Origin: Octopus bimaculoides | Lineage: Eukaryota | NCBI RefSeq assembly: GCF_001194135.2 | Contig: NC_069001.1 | Coordinates: 29,356,974 to 29,420,973 of the forward strand | Length of the DNA stretch: 64,000 bases | Direction: 5' to 3' | Shown here: piece after piece, positions 25,179 through 38,419 of the stretch | How the letters are laid out: each line of letters begins with the position of its first letter | How positions within the stretch are numbered: position 1 is the stretch's first letter | Position numbers and translations under genes: made by a program | The notes under the pieces: generated by a model | Database searches by the model: none | What the model saw: the letters and a program-made list of their open reading frames with translations, nothing else | What the model was told of the DNA's origin: nothing

Positions 25179-26405
25179 CATATATGGAACTAAGTAATTT
25201 TGTCGAGTAATATATAGTCGTCCAGAGAGTAAAGTAATATCTACGCTTTACATCTTGTTTATTGCAAAGGTGTGGATAAGATTTATTTTTTCTTGCTTTG
25301 CTGTTTTACAATTTTTTTGAAACGATTTTTATTTTGGAATGAGTGTGCAGTGCTTAGATATAAGAATACGCTTCTTTCTTTCTCTCATTCTTTCTCTATT
25401 TCTTTCTTTTGATTTAATATTCACGTTGGTAATAACTCAGTATGAAAAATTCAAAGTCTTAGTCACATACATATTTGTTTTTCCAAGATCGCTGTTTAAA
25501 AAATAAGCAACACAATCGCTTTACATACCGTTATCACTCCATTCCTAAAATCAATGAACTCTTGCGTTTTTACTTTACAATCCCTCTTTGTGTTACTGTC
25601 AGAGATATAGGTGTTCGTCATATGTTTTTTTCTGTTAGAATATTTGTACGTAGCGGATTCATAACTCAAAAACAGATAAAAAGTTAACAATGACATTATA
25701 CAAAAAATTCTGAAGATACAACAAACATATATTTATCTCAAACACAACAGAAGAATAAGTGAATTGAATTAACCCACGTAGTTGCATAACAAAATCATCT
25801 AAAAGCGATATCGATGATGCCACGCACAAAAGTTACCAGGAAATCAAGTCTTCAAAGCCTTCGCCTTTTCCTTGACTGTGCGTTTATGTATGCGTATGTA
25901 TCTTTGTGTGTGTTTATGTGCATATATGTGTGTGTGTGTGTGTGTGTGTATGTGTGTGTGTGTGTGTGTGTGTTCGTGTGTAAATTGATGAAAAGTGACA
26001 CACGAGTTGATACGTATAAGGGAAATAAGACAAGGTAGAAGATGCCAACATAGTTTTATCATAAATTATATTTCCTAATGATTCGTACCGGCATCTGTCT
26101 TTTCGGCATCTTCAACAAAGAGAAAGACAAAAGTGGATATTTATTACGGAGAAAAACAATTAAAACGAAGGAACAATCAGCTAGGATATTTTTTTTTTCT
26201 TCTTTCTTTATTTTTTTTTTGTGCCCCTCTCTTTTCCTTTGTGAAGCTTCGTAAGGCACTTAGTAACAGTTCTGAAAGATTGTCTGTTGGGGTGAAAAGT
26301 TATATTTGCTTCTATGCTGAATGGCTTAACTAACAGCAGCCGAAGAAAGATGAAGCGACAGAGAGGTAGAAGAAAAAGAAGAAGAAGGAGTGGTTTTTTA
26401 CCCTG

Positions 26406-26455
26406 TAGTAAAGGCTCTCTGTGGAATCTGCTTCAATGGTCACTAGGCCTCACAG
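26406..26455 (+). repeat. 50-bp dispersed repeat, second copy at 28974-29023
   Basis: tagtaaaggctctctgWggaatctgctTYaatggtcacWaggcctcacag, 3 mismatches; both copies followed by (TAG)n. Confidence 0.85.
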
Positions 26456-26579
26456 AGATCAATTGTAGTAGCAGTAGTAGTAGGGATTGTTCTATATACA
26501 TTTGTGGGGAGCGACTATTCTAAATATATCTAGTAGCTTTAATATTTCTGTGGGTATTATTCCAAGATCGCTGTAGTAG

Positions 26580-27130
26580 TGTCATCTGTGGTTGAAAGCT
26601 TTAACACTTGCGATAAAATATGATTTTATACTTATGTGCTGAATATAGGTTGCATTGTCACTAAATTTATAATGGGGAAAATTCTATTGTTGGGTTGTTC
26701 ATTAGTGATACAAATATAAATGAGTTCACTTCATGCTATTTCCCTGTATTTCCGTATTTTAATCTGGGATCTATGTGCGGTCATCCTCCGAAGTAGACTG
26801 TTTGACCAATGTACTACTCCCCACACCCAAAGCAAGTTAAAATATATATTAGGTTTTCCCGAAGATTATGAGAAGTTACTTTTCCTTGTTTTTCCCTGTT
26901 TCAGTCATTTAACTGCGGCCATACTGGACAACCGCCTTTTTTTGCCGAACCACAATTTATAACATAAAGTAGATCCGACCCTTCCAGTAGGTTGGGGCAT
27001 GTACCACAAGTTGGGCCACCACACTTTTTACCCGTTGGTTTCGCTGTTGTTGTTCCTTGTGAAACCCCTTGATTTCACAAAGAACTGAACTAAAATGAAC
27101 TGAAGGAAGATTACATACTTTGGCCGAGGC
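26580..27130 (-). mobile_element. Penelope-like element relic, GIY-YIG endonuclease region, interrupted by a SINE tail at about 26880-26950
   Basis: Minus strand reads KPTGKKCGGPTCGTCPNLLEGS (about 27050-26980), then ENLIYILTCFGCGE*YIGQT...RMTAHRSQIK...IFP (about 26870-26680): the Cys motif and IY-x-YIG motif typical of PLE endonucleases. Stops and frameshifts present. Confidence 0.8.
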
Positions 27131-27858
27131 TTATTGTTGATTTGAGGAAATCGATTTTGAGAAAGACGTAAGTATTCGATATTCTGAATCATCTATGTAG
27201 TGTATTTGTGTTATTGCTTCGTAGGAGAATGATAACATTTAGTTTATCTCTGTTATCTCAGACTCCGAAACGCCGCGTATGCGAACAAGTCTAAAACTCT
27301 ACATGTACCATAATCCAATCACGCAATTAACATTTACCGACCTAGATTTATTGAATGGGGTGAAGCGAGTTCTAACTTAAGTATATTCGGGAGCAGAGAT
27401 AAAACAATGCATCGATCGTTTTGTTTGCATGTTTTCCTTACTTGGAACAATTTTATTTCACAAATGATATACCAGAGACAAGAACTTGAATCTCGTTTCA
27501 ATTTCCCTACATAAAACCCTTTCTGCCGAGCGAGAATGATCAATTTCATAACCTATTAATTTTATATAAAATCGATATCATATATTGATTTACACTCAAA
27601 CCCGTAAGGGAACTATTCCAAGGCGGAAAAGAAGATAATTAGGAACTCAACGAACGCCTTCCTTTTTCTTTAAGTAACGTTATACGCGTGCCTCTTTCTG
27701 TACATGCATATACGCACATATATACATACATAGAAACACATACACACACGAACATATATGTATGCATATATGAGTATACTCTCTCACGCACACACACACA
27801 TATATAAATAACTCATTTACATATATGCCTGTATATATATATATATATATATATATAT

Positions 27859-28266
27859 NNNNNNNNNNNNNNNNNNNNNNNNNNNNNNNNNNNNNNNNNN
27901 NNNNNNNNNNNNNNNNNNNNNNNNNNNNNNNNNNNNNNNNNNNNNNNNNNNNNNNNNNNNNNNNNNNNNNNNNNNNNNNNNNNNNNNNNNNNNNNNNNNN
28001 NNNNNNNNNNNNNNNNNNNNNNNNNNNNNNNNNNNNNNNNNNNNNNNNNNNNNNNNNNNNNNNNNNNNNNNNNNNNNNNNNNNNNNNNNNNNNNNNNNNN
28101 NNNNNNNNNNNNNNNNNNNNNNNNNNNNNNNNNNNNNNNNNNNNNNNNNNNNNNNNNNNNNNNNNNNNNNNNNNNNNNNNNNNNNNNNNNNNNNNNNNNN
28201 NNNNNNNNNNNNNNNNNNNNNNNNNNNNNNNNNNNNNNNNNNNNNNNNNNNNNNNNNNNNNNNNNN
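27859..28266. other. Assembly gap (N)
   Basis: N run between (TA)n tracts. Confidence 0.99.
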
Positions 28267-28310
<44 letters not shown>

Positions 28311-28881
28311 ACATGTAGAATCATAATCTTTCTTTCGTAACTGATTTGGATCATGTCTACAAAATTTATTAAATACCCCGATGTCATTCTGACATTTATT
28401 CAAACCGAAAGGTATTTAAGTTCATAGAATACATTTCCAATAAAATAATCTAGCATAAATACAAAGGTAGCATACTAACAGTAATTGATGGAATGTGTTA
28501 TAAGCAAAAATACCTCCGAAAGTAGATGTTGTTCTTCAGCATAAATAGGAAAACAAAATAATAAAAAAATTAACATGTTCATTGTTTTAATCTGCTGGAA
28601 TCTATATAGACTGCATACGTAAGTCATTGGATAACTATGTAGATTATTCAGGAAGTTCATTTGGCTATGGTAAAGTTTAGACTGACATTGAGATTACAAG
28701 TACTGGGGTGTCGTGTTTTGATAAGATTTAGTGAGTACCCACATTAAGCACACGTGTTAAAACGCACAAAAGTAGGAAAATAAACCGATGAAATGAGTAA
28801 CATTTGGACGCTGGTCGAGATAATAATTTTCTTTGCTCTCTGAAAATATTCGCCTCGTGTTGCTACAACAAATATTATATA

Positions 28882-28884
<3 letters not shown>

Positions 28885-28924
<40 letters not shown>

Positions 28925-29045
28925 TTGTTGTTGCTGCTGCTGCTACTACTAGTTCTACTACTCCTATAACTACTAGTAAAGGCTCTCTGAGGAATCTGCT
29001 TTAATGGTCACAAGGCCTCACAGTGACATGTAGTAGTAGTAGTAG
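28885..29045. repeat. Compound trinucleotide repeats (ACT)n/(GTT)n/(GCT)n/(AGT)n enclosing the 50-bp repeat copy at 28974-29023
   Basis: Read directly from sequence. Confidence 0.9.
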
Positions 29046-29364
29046 AATGTAAGAATGTAAGAAATGACGACGACGAAGAAGAAGAAGTCATGTGACAAGT
29101 ATAGGGTTGGGTATTTGATCACAAAATATATTTATTTTATTTCATAGAATTTTTACACATTTGTCTGGATTTCGTTATTCAATCCTGTGTGGGGGAGGTT
29201 GATAACGAATTCTTTTATTTGACAGAAAATTCCAACTGATGCATACCAAGAGCTGGCTTGGAATGCAGCTGGAGTTTGTTGTAGATAATCTTGTTTCTTG
29301 TAGGTCAGCAGTCAACAAGTACGAGCTCGATAGGCGATTGGGAGTGTGGTTCTTGGGTATGACG

Positions 29365-29367
<3 letters not shown>

Positions 29368-29452
<85 letters not shown>
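29368..29452. repeat. (TA)n microsatellite, about 42 units
   Basis: Read directly from sequence. Confidence 0.95.
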
Positions 29453-29455
<3 letters not shown>

Positions 29456-30082
29456 TCTCACATATGCATGTATTTAATACACAAAACCATAGTGAGTGCA
29501 AGAGCATGAATACTGCTGTACGCATTCTCACTATAAATACGTAAACAATTACACAAAAACACACATGTATACACACAGGCACACATACATATTAAAACAT
29601 GCACTTATTGTTTCAAAACTAGTTCAAATAATGTATTTCTTTGAACTTTATACTGCGTTATACTTTGTATTTGATTCCATAAATATTGCTTCACATATAT
29701 TTATGAATTTCCTGCGAAAACTCCTCCGAGTTTTGAATAATTGAATCATACAGAAAAAAAACTTGTAACAATTTTATATTTTAACTTTGTTGCAAATATT
29801 GTATCGTTTTTTTTTTCTATTTTTTTTTTTTTGGTGAATACTTTTTATACTGAAGATGAACTCCTTTCTATGACACACATGCACAGAAATGAAAGTTTAA
29901 TATTTCATAATGCACTTCATTTATATGATGATTAATGTAGCGTTTCATTTTGTTTCTCTCTGCCCCACTCTGTTCGTTTGTGAGTCAAGCTGACTAACTC
30001 CCTCTCGTTCCTTCACTCTCTAGTTTTCTCTTTCTGTGAATGTCTCTTATGTGCGCGCGTGTGTACATATATATATATATAT

Positions 30083-30810
30083 NNNNNNNNNNNNNNNNNN
30101 NNNNNNNNNNNNNNNNNNNNNNNNNNNNNNNNNNNNNNNNNNNNNNNNNNNNNNNNNNNNNNNNNNNNNNNNNNNNNNNNNNNNNNNNNNNNNNNNNNNN
30201 NNNNNNNNNNNNNNNNNNNNNNNNNNNNNNNNNNNNNNNNNNNNNNNNNNNNNNNNNNNNNNNNNNNNNNNNNNNNNNNNNNNNNNNNNNNNNNNNNNNN
30301 NNNNNNNNNNNNNNNNNNNNNNNNNNNNNNNNNNNNNNNNNNNNNNNNNNNNNNNNNNNNNNNNNNNNNNNNNNNNNNNNNNNNNNNNNNNNNNNNNNNN
30401 NNNNNNNNNNNNNNNNNNNNNNNNNNNNNNNNNNNNNNNNNNNNNNNNNNNNNNNNNNNNNNNNNNNNNNNNNNNNNNNNNNNNNNNNNNNNNNNNNNNN
30501 NNNNNNNNNNNNNNNNNNNNNNNNNNNNNNNNNNNNNNNNNNNNNNNNNNNNNNNNNNNNNNNNNNNNNNNNNNNNNNNNNNNNNNNNNNNNNNNNNNNN
30601 NNNNNNNNNNNNNNNNNNNNNNNNNNNNNNNNNNNNNNNNNNNNNNNNNNNNNNNNNNNNNNNNNNNNNNNNNNNNNNNNNNNNNNNNNNNNNNNNNNNN
30701 NNNNNNNNNNNNNNNNNNNNNNNNNNNNNNNNNNNNNNNNNNNNNNNNNNNNNNNNNNNNNNNNNNNNNNNNNNNNNNNNNNNNNNNNNNNNNNNNNNNN
30801 NNNNNNNNNN
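30083..30810. other. Assembly gap (N)
   Basis: N run between (TA)n tracts. Confidence 0.99.
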
Positions 30811-30857
<47 letters not shown>

Positions 30858-31039
30858 ATATAATAAAAATGGATGTTTGTTTGTGTGCGTCTGTTTATGG
30901 GGAGTAAAACTACAACGTGGATATATAAACTCAAAGTTAATTCTTTGGTAAATTTTCCCTACGAGTCCTTACCCAACATGTACCAAATCACATTTCAAAA
31001 ATAAATGAAGTGTCTAACGGGGACCCAATCGAAGTTTGA

Positions 31040-32290
31040 AACCCAGGTTGTTACAGTAACTGGTCCTGAAGCGCGATGGCATTTATTGGGATATACGAAA
31101 CGGTGCAGTGATGACCACTTCGGGTATTTGTGTAGCTTTCAATGCCAAAATTTAGCAGAATCACTTCTAGGATCTTCCAGACGTATATTACGGCATACCT
31201 ATTCCGCCTTCGCTGCAGAGTCTTAGCTGTTTCAGCCTTTCTCAGTAGCTAAGCTGTTGTAATGAAACTATCTTCTTTGTGAAGCTTCGCTGCTAATTTT
31301 ACACTTGGGAATTACCATAGTTGGAAGCAGTATTCCGGACGCCTGCGGACGAATGTCCTCCGGAGAACCATCACGGTTTCCTTCTCTCTGGTTTTGAAGG
31401 CTCTCAGGATCCAGTACTTTATCGCCATCTTGGTAATGTACACTTGGAAAGAAGTATCATTACTCATGTCCATACCCAGGTCACGAATTGATTCAGGTTA
31501 TGGGATTGTATTCCCCTTGGGCCATTGTACCCAGTAAGTTTTTCGTTCAATTTTGGGTGCTGGTAGTGCAAGGCTTGGAATTTTCCAACATCAAACTGCA
31601 GATTATTGTCCTCAGCTCATCTGAAATTTGTTTCTAACTCCTGCTGCAGGCGTGCAATATCACTAGCGCTTTGAATTTTTTGCGAGACTTTCGTATCGAC
31701 TCCGTTGCTAGCAAGGGTGGCTATCAGGGCAACTGAGCGTATATCTGAGAGGGCCATTATGAAAAGCAGTGGTCCCATGATAGTGTCCTGTGGAACACCA
31801 CTCACTAATTGTGTTTCCTTTGACGTTACTCCTTTAGCCACCACTGCCTAAATTCTATGTTTCATTGAGTCCTATAAACACTCTCCAAGTTTTCCAGCTA
31901 TACCAACATCGCGCAGTTTGTGGCATATCATACCATGATCAAATTTATGAAAGTTGTTTGCAAAGTCAAGGTATATTACGTCCACATTTGACTTGTCGAG
32001 TAAGACGCTTCTACATCCAGGCATAATGCTGCAGTATCTGTGTCTGATAGCTTCTACCTGGTCGAAAGCCATCCTGGGTGTCACCCAGCAAATCGTTTTT
32101 TTTTTCAAGGGATGCGATTAGTTTCCCCTTGACTATTCATTCTACGACTTTACCGATGTGTGATTGCCCTATAATGTTTGGCATCTGCTCCGCTTCCTCC
32201 TTTCGTAGGTTCTGCATATTATTTCTTCCTTCAGCTTCCTCGGCCTCTTGCCATTTGCAAGAAAACTCTGGAAGATGGATAGATATAGTA
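31040..32290 (-). mobile_element. CR1-clade LINE relic, reverse-transcriptase region (pseudogenised)
   Basis: Frameshifted minus-strand segments: SIFQSFLANGKRPRKLKEEII / KGGSGADAKHYRAI / SHIGKVVE / DLLGDTQDGFRPGRS / VDVIYLDFANNFHKFDHG / SGVPQDTIMGPLLFIM / SNGVDTK (degenerate YADD) / YAVIYVWKILE. These follow the order of the RT domains and the CR1-type C-terminus. Confidence 0.9.
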
Positions 32291-33124
32291 TGACGAGAAT
32301 AAGCAATAATTACATTAGGCAACGTAGGCAGTTGACAGAAATGGTTTTTGTTGACCGCTCGCGAATAGAAGAATATTTTAACGACTTGAATATGAGACCT
32401 TTGTCAGGACTTACATTAAAAAGGGAGACGTATTCAGAATAACCATGATTGAGAGATGCAGGTGGGATGTAAATATTTATAGTCCAAAGGAGTGCTTCTA
32501 ACGCCGTTTGTTACAGTGTGTATGTGTATATTTTTCTATGTTCTATGTCCCCAATGTATTTTCTGCATATACCTTCATTCATTATTACTAACAAGAGTTC
32601 ACTTTGCTTATTCACAAATATGTTGTTGTTCCTATGTATACGGAGTAATGTTATTATCAAGGATGTTAATGATATCTCCATGCAGCACTGTACTGATTGT
32701 AAGAGACACGCGTAAGGCGGGCGCCAGTCTATGATACTTGGCAGCTCCTTTAGGCTAATACAAGCAAGGACTGTATAAAACCAACAGATGCTTTTCATCA
32801 GCATGCAATGTGCAAGTTAAATTTCTTGTTGTCATATATTGCAATACGATACATCTGAGTAAGAAGGGCAGTGTGACCTGTCTTAGAAAAACCTATAAGT
32901 ATATGAACTTGAAACGTGGTATGATTTAAGAGTAGACACATTTCCAATACATATAATTGGGAGACAATATTTCTCCTGATTTCTGTTAGCAGTCAATAAC
33001 AGCTACATGTCAGCTGTCTATGTACCAAAACCACATGGGACTCAGTAATTTCTAAATAATTTAGTTTTGCTATATATAATGTAAACTTCGAAAGTGTAAA
33101 TGGAAACATTTATTACGCAGTATT

Positions 33125-33805
33125 AAGCCGGCGAGCTGTCATAATCGAGAGATGGCCAAAGCGACAAAAAATTTGGATGGCGCTTTAGCGATTTCAGTTC
33201 AAATTCATACAATGTCGACTTTTCATCGCATCCTTCAGATTCGATAAAACAACAGTCCTTTGAATTCTGGAGTTAACATAATCTACTAACACCTTTCCCC
33301 AACAGTCCAGGCCTTCTGCTTAAACTAGAAAAGATGGAGAGCTATTAGAATCGCTAATACGCAGGGTAAAATCTGCAGCGGCTTTTCTTCCGATTTTATG
33401 CCTTAAAATCAAATTCTGCTGAGCGCGGTTTTCCCTTTCAATACGTCGAGATCGACGTAGCAGTTGAGTGCTGGGTTCGATGTAATTAACTTATCTCTCC
33501 CTGAAAGTAATTTTTTTAAATAAAAAAAGCATCACAGACACACATCACAACAGAATGACAGCCAATAATAGAAGCGATTATTACACATAATATGATTTCG
33601 GAATCGTTGGTAAGTTGGACAAAATAATCAGTAGAATATCTTACGTTACATTACTTTGAGTTCAAATTCCACCGAAGACAACGATGGCTTCCATCCTTCC
33701 TGAAACACTAAAATAAATGACACCCCAGTCGCGTTGGCGATATAACCTATTTAGCTCCTCCCCTTAAAATTGCTGGCTTTGTGTCAATGTTAGAAATCAG
33801 TATTA
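33125..33805 (+). mobile_element. Three consecutive decayed SINE family C copies, head to tail
   Basis: Heads near 33127 (aagccggcgagctgtcataatcg), 33349 (gaatcgctaatacgcagggtaaaat) and 33601 (gaatcgttgg); each is followed by a (g/t)tcaaatt B-box-like segment. Confidence 0.65.
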
Positions 33806-35438
33806 TAGAACTTAGAATGAAATGACAGTTATTCAAGTTAGCAAATAAACTATTTTACGATTTATTAAACAATATTTTGGTGTTCATTACTCTCTGCAAC
33901 TTTCAACGATAAAACATCAAATAATCTACAAGTTCTTAGGAAAATAAAATGTTTTTAATTACTTGTTGAAATTAATTTTATTAATGAACAATTGAGTTAT
34001 ATGGATTGTTATCGAAGTGATTCAAAATACCGTCATTAATGGTATAGATACTGACACAATCAACCTCCTCTTTAGAGATGAAAGATATTTGTTCATCCAG
34101 GAATTAAACATCTGAAGAAATTTGGAGATGAAAGAAATCTGAGATGTAGCGTTTATCTGATTGATAATCGGCACTTTCTCTTGAGTTCATGTTAATAGCC
34201 ATAAAACAATTTTTTTTTTTTTTATTTTTTTTTTTTTTTAGAATAGATGCTTTCAGGAATATATCAACTAGAACATTGGCATAAATAATTATGTTTAAAA
34301 TTTAATCTTAATTTCTATAATTTTATGAATTTTTATAGCTACGCTCAGAAACGCATAAATATTCTGCATATGTATGTATGTAATTGTTCGGTTTTATTTC
34401 AAGATTTGTTTCTAATAGAGAAAGAGCAGGTTTCTAACCTCGATAGATTGTGTATGAAAACAAGGAGCAGCTGAATATGTAGTCATAAGCTCTAAATCTG
34501 ATGTAGCGTTACTGCATGACTTATAGCTGTCTGTTGAGAAAGAACGGAGGTAAGTGTCTGTGTGTTTCGGGACGTGAAGTATCTTATATACGGACTAAAC
34601 CACATTTAATCTACTGCGTTGTTTAAATATTCACTCGTTGTTATATCTTATCATATTTCATGAGAATCGTAAGAAGTGACTTCGACCTCTTCCAGAATTT
34701 ACAAAACAGCAAAAGCCATTCAATTAGAAATCACTAGCAAGTTACAGATTTCTTTACAAATGGCACTAAGATTCTAAATAATGTCCCATAAATGTTACAA
34801 AACATTTACTCAACTTCGTTGTTATAATATCAGATTATTTCCTTCATTATATAGTTCATTAAGATAATAAAACGTTGATGGGTATTTCATTAAATAAATA
34901 TCAGTAAACAATTATACTTTAAATACGAACTGATTGCATAATGTCTAATAATACGAGTGTTTTATTACAGGATATTTGATTAATTATCGGTATCATAATA
35001 TTTTATTTTGCGTATATGTATATGTGTGTATGTATATATATTTGTCTTTGTGTGTGTACGGGTGTTTGCATACACACGCACAGCAAGCATGTTCATATAT
35101 AGATATATATATAACGGCGCAAATGTATCTGGCGACTATGTGTGAATTCACCCACAAAAGCACAAAGCATCTACAGAAATACAGAAGAACAAACATTCAT
35201 GATATTTTGAACATTTCCAGCTGATAAAGTTTCCGGTTTATCAAATTTTATGACAAAGCGCTTATAGTAGAAGAGTTCAATACGTTTCCGTCTATTTTCC
35301 GAAATCTATATGCCATGTTCCAATATAGAGAACATACTTTTCACTGTACTTGATTCAAACACACACACTTGTATGTACATATACAATCTATATATACACA
35401 TACACAATCTATATATATGTATATATATATATATATAT

Positions 35439-35703
35439 NNNNNNNNNNNNNNNNNNNNNNNNNNNNNNNNNNNNNNNNNNNNNNNNNNNNNNNNNNNNNN
35501 NNNNNNNNNNNNNNNNNNNNNNNNNNNNNNNNNNNNNNNNNNNNNNNNNNNNNNNNNNNNNNNNNNNNNNNNNNNNNNNNNNNNNNNNNNNNNNNNNNNN
35601 NNNNNNNNNNNNNNNNNNNNNNNNNNNNNNNNNNNNNNNNNNNNNNNNNNNNNNNNNNNNNNNNNNNNNNNNNNNNNNNNNNNNNNNNNNNNNNNNNNNN
35701 NNN
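35439..35703. other. Assembly gap (N)
   Basis: N run. Confidence 0.99.
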
Positions 35704-36819
35704 GGTCAAGAAACTAAATACCAGCTGAACACTGGGGTCGTTGTGTCAATTATTTATTTGTTTCTTGACATCTACAATGAAATTGTAAGGGGAAAGAAAA
35801 TCTGCCCCTGATATCAGATAATTTTCTTCCATTCAAATGTATTACAATTTTCAAAAATAATATGTTGCTCTAAGTGAAATAATGCTTTCAACAGCTATGA
35901 AATATAATTTTAATTTGATAGAAAGTGCAGTTAAACTTCTTATAACTATTGTTGTTTATTTCTTCAGCGTTCTTTTTCCTTCAACTTTTAATATCAAATA
36001 TTTCTGTTAATAAAAAGCTGCGTAATGAAGCTGTCATCTATTTTCTATTGAAAATTTTATATATTTTTCACAAGTGTCTATACTTTTATGATGTGGTGGT
36101 TTATCTACGAAATCACGTCGGGAGGTTACCACTTTTTGTAGTCGTGTCTGGTTACTGTTTGTGTAACACTATTTTTATACGTTTCCTATTTGGAAATAGA
36201 TAATAAATAAATTTTACTTTTGAAGTAGGAATATATATTGATAAACACGTCACTTATCACTTACTTATAAGTGGTATCATTATACATAAATCCTCACTCC
36301 AGCTACATAAACGCCATAGTGAGAAATATATATTCGGAAACGCTAACGGACATTTTATGCGTGCATGTATGTTGAAGATAAACATATTCGTGTTCCTTTA
36401 ACCACTATAAAAAAAATACACAGTTTCATAATTGCGGAAATAAATTTCATTAACAAGTTGAAGAACGTGAAGAAAGAGAATATAATTGCTAGATTATTTC
36501 ATTTATGTACATTTAGCATTTATAGTACAATTGGAAAGTAAAGTCATTTTGTCGTAGAGAATTACGACTTGAAATTCACACTAGCCAATCTTCCATACTA
36601 ACTACTAGAGTTCACAACATCAAATAAGTCTTGTTAGATTTCTATCATAGACATGGCACAAAAAAATAGCCAATATCTCAATGAGTGAGTGTCGTGTAGT
36701 TTTGTAACAATCCTACAAACACTATTGTGCGTGTCGTGGAATTTAGCAACATCCAAACGATCACTGAATAATTTTTATAACTGCTCATATGCGAATTCTA
36801 AGAATTCCTCTGTATTTAG

Positions 36820-36968
36820 GTTCTGAGTTCGAATTCCACCGATGTCGACTTTGCCTTTCATCATTTCGGGGGTCGATAAATTAAGTACCAGTTGTGTACC
36901 GGGGTCATTGTAATCGACTGGACCCCACCCCAAAACTTCGGGCCTTGTGCTTAGAGTACAGAAGTATC
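36820..36968 (+). mobile_element. 5'-truncated SINE family C, relatively well preserved
   Basis: ttctgagttcgaattccaccgatgtcgactttgcctttcatcatttcgggggtcgataaattaagtaccag...gggccttgtgc. Confidence 0.8.
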
Positions 36969-37889
36969 TAATTATTGATGTAGACCATACGAGTCTAAAA
37001 CTCCATCCTCGTTTTTCATAAAATATTTGCACATACACTGTACAATTTGCATTAAACTTAGTAACTATATTTCTGCAAATAACTATGGTTAACTATGATC
37101 GTACTAAGTTAAAACTATTAACTACAACTGAGATTATTTTAATCGGACTGACCTTTAAATCACAATGGTGTTTCCTAAAGCGAGTGCACTAAATATACAA
37201 TCAAGATTTCAGTGTTATTTTCTAATTTTTTTTCTTCGGTGTGTGCGTGTATGAATGTGTGCGCGCGCACGTGCTAATACCGCAATGTAAAACATGTAAG
37301 TTCTAGGTAGACAGTACAATTTTATTATTGGATTTAAGGTAGCTGGCTGCAATTGTTGGTAATGTCATAAATATCACATTTATTATTGGATGAGAATGTC
37401 AAACGGTATAGGGCAACGGGAAAGAATCTGACAAGTCAAAATAGTTTCTACGTTTAATATTTTTGGCAGAAAACAATGTTACTGCTTTTATGTTTGTGGT
37501 CGTTTTGTGCAAGACATGAATGTCAGTGATTTAGTATACCGCAGGTAGTACCAAGCAACATAACGAAAATCAGATTAAAGCAAGGATATCAAGTTCTGTA
37601 ATGGTAGACACATCTTCATCACCACACTTTCACATCTTTAAAAAAATGCAGTCTGGGGGAGCAGTGTGTTCTTCGATACAGGACGCCTAAACTGTTGGTG
37701 GCACATTTGATAATAGACCCGTTCAATCAGCTAATCATGTTCTCAACGTCACCAAACGGCGATAGAATCAGTAACATCATACAGAATCGTTCCTTTTTTC
37801 GCACAAAATAATAACGGTTCGTTCAATATGCGTGCATGATGTTTCGCTTCAAAAATAATTGTGTAAGCTTGAGACGAGTAGATATAATT

Positions 37890-38050
37890 GTTTAAATTTT
37901 GGCAGAAGGCCAGCATATTCGGGAGAGTGGTAAGTCGATTACACAAACCTCAGCCCTCTTCTAGTGCGTATTATATCGAATCCAAAAGAATGAATGGCAA
38001 AACAGACCTTGGCAGAATTTGACCTCAGAACGTAAGGACAACTGAAATAC
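37890..38050 (-). mobile_element. Decayed SINE family C
   Basis: aaattttggcagaaggccagca...gaatgaatggcaaaacagaccttggcagaatttgacctcagaacgtaag. Confidence 0.65.
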
Positions 38051-38419
38051 AGATTTTTTATTACCCCAAAAAAGGTTATAGAAACAGTTTTTATAGGACA
38101 TCACGAATAATAAAGACAGTACAGTACAAAACGCAACATAAAATCGGGGAACTAAAAATTCCAAAAGCGAATGATAATAGTAGAAGAAAAATTAAAATAA
38201 AATGATAATATGCAAGAATGAAAAAATGAATGGCAATGTCCACTCGACCCCCGAAGTCGGGTGGTTATATTTATCCAGTTTTTCACTTTTCCTTAAACAT
38301 CATGTATACATTTTAACAGTTTTGCAACTCAAAAAATTGAAATACGCGCGTTATGTTCTCCCATTAATCACTGTTACTTCCGTCTTTATCAACTGTAAAT
38401 AATCAGTTCTAGTGGGGGT

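Noticed and set aside
25481-26574. 15-bp direct repeat TTCCAAGATCGCTGT at 25481-25495 and 26560-26574
   Set aside because: Could be a TSD, but the enclosed 1.06 kb is not a coherent element; chance is not excluded.
32154-32267. Apparent 114-nt exon with strong acceptor and donor and one open frame (FSCKWQEAEEAEGRNN...)
   Set aside because: The other frames read QSFLANGK.P.KLKE.II, KGGS.ADAKHYRAI and SHIGKVVE: the start of the CR1 RT domain, contiguous with the LINE relic. Exonisation cannot be excluded without RNA data.
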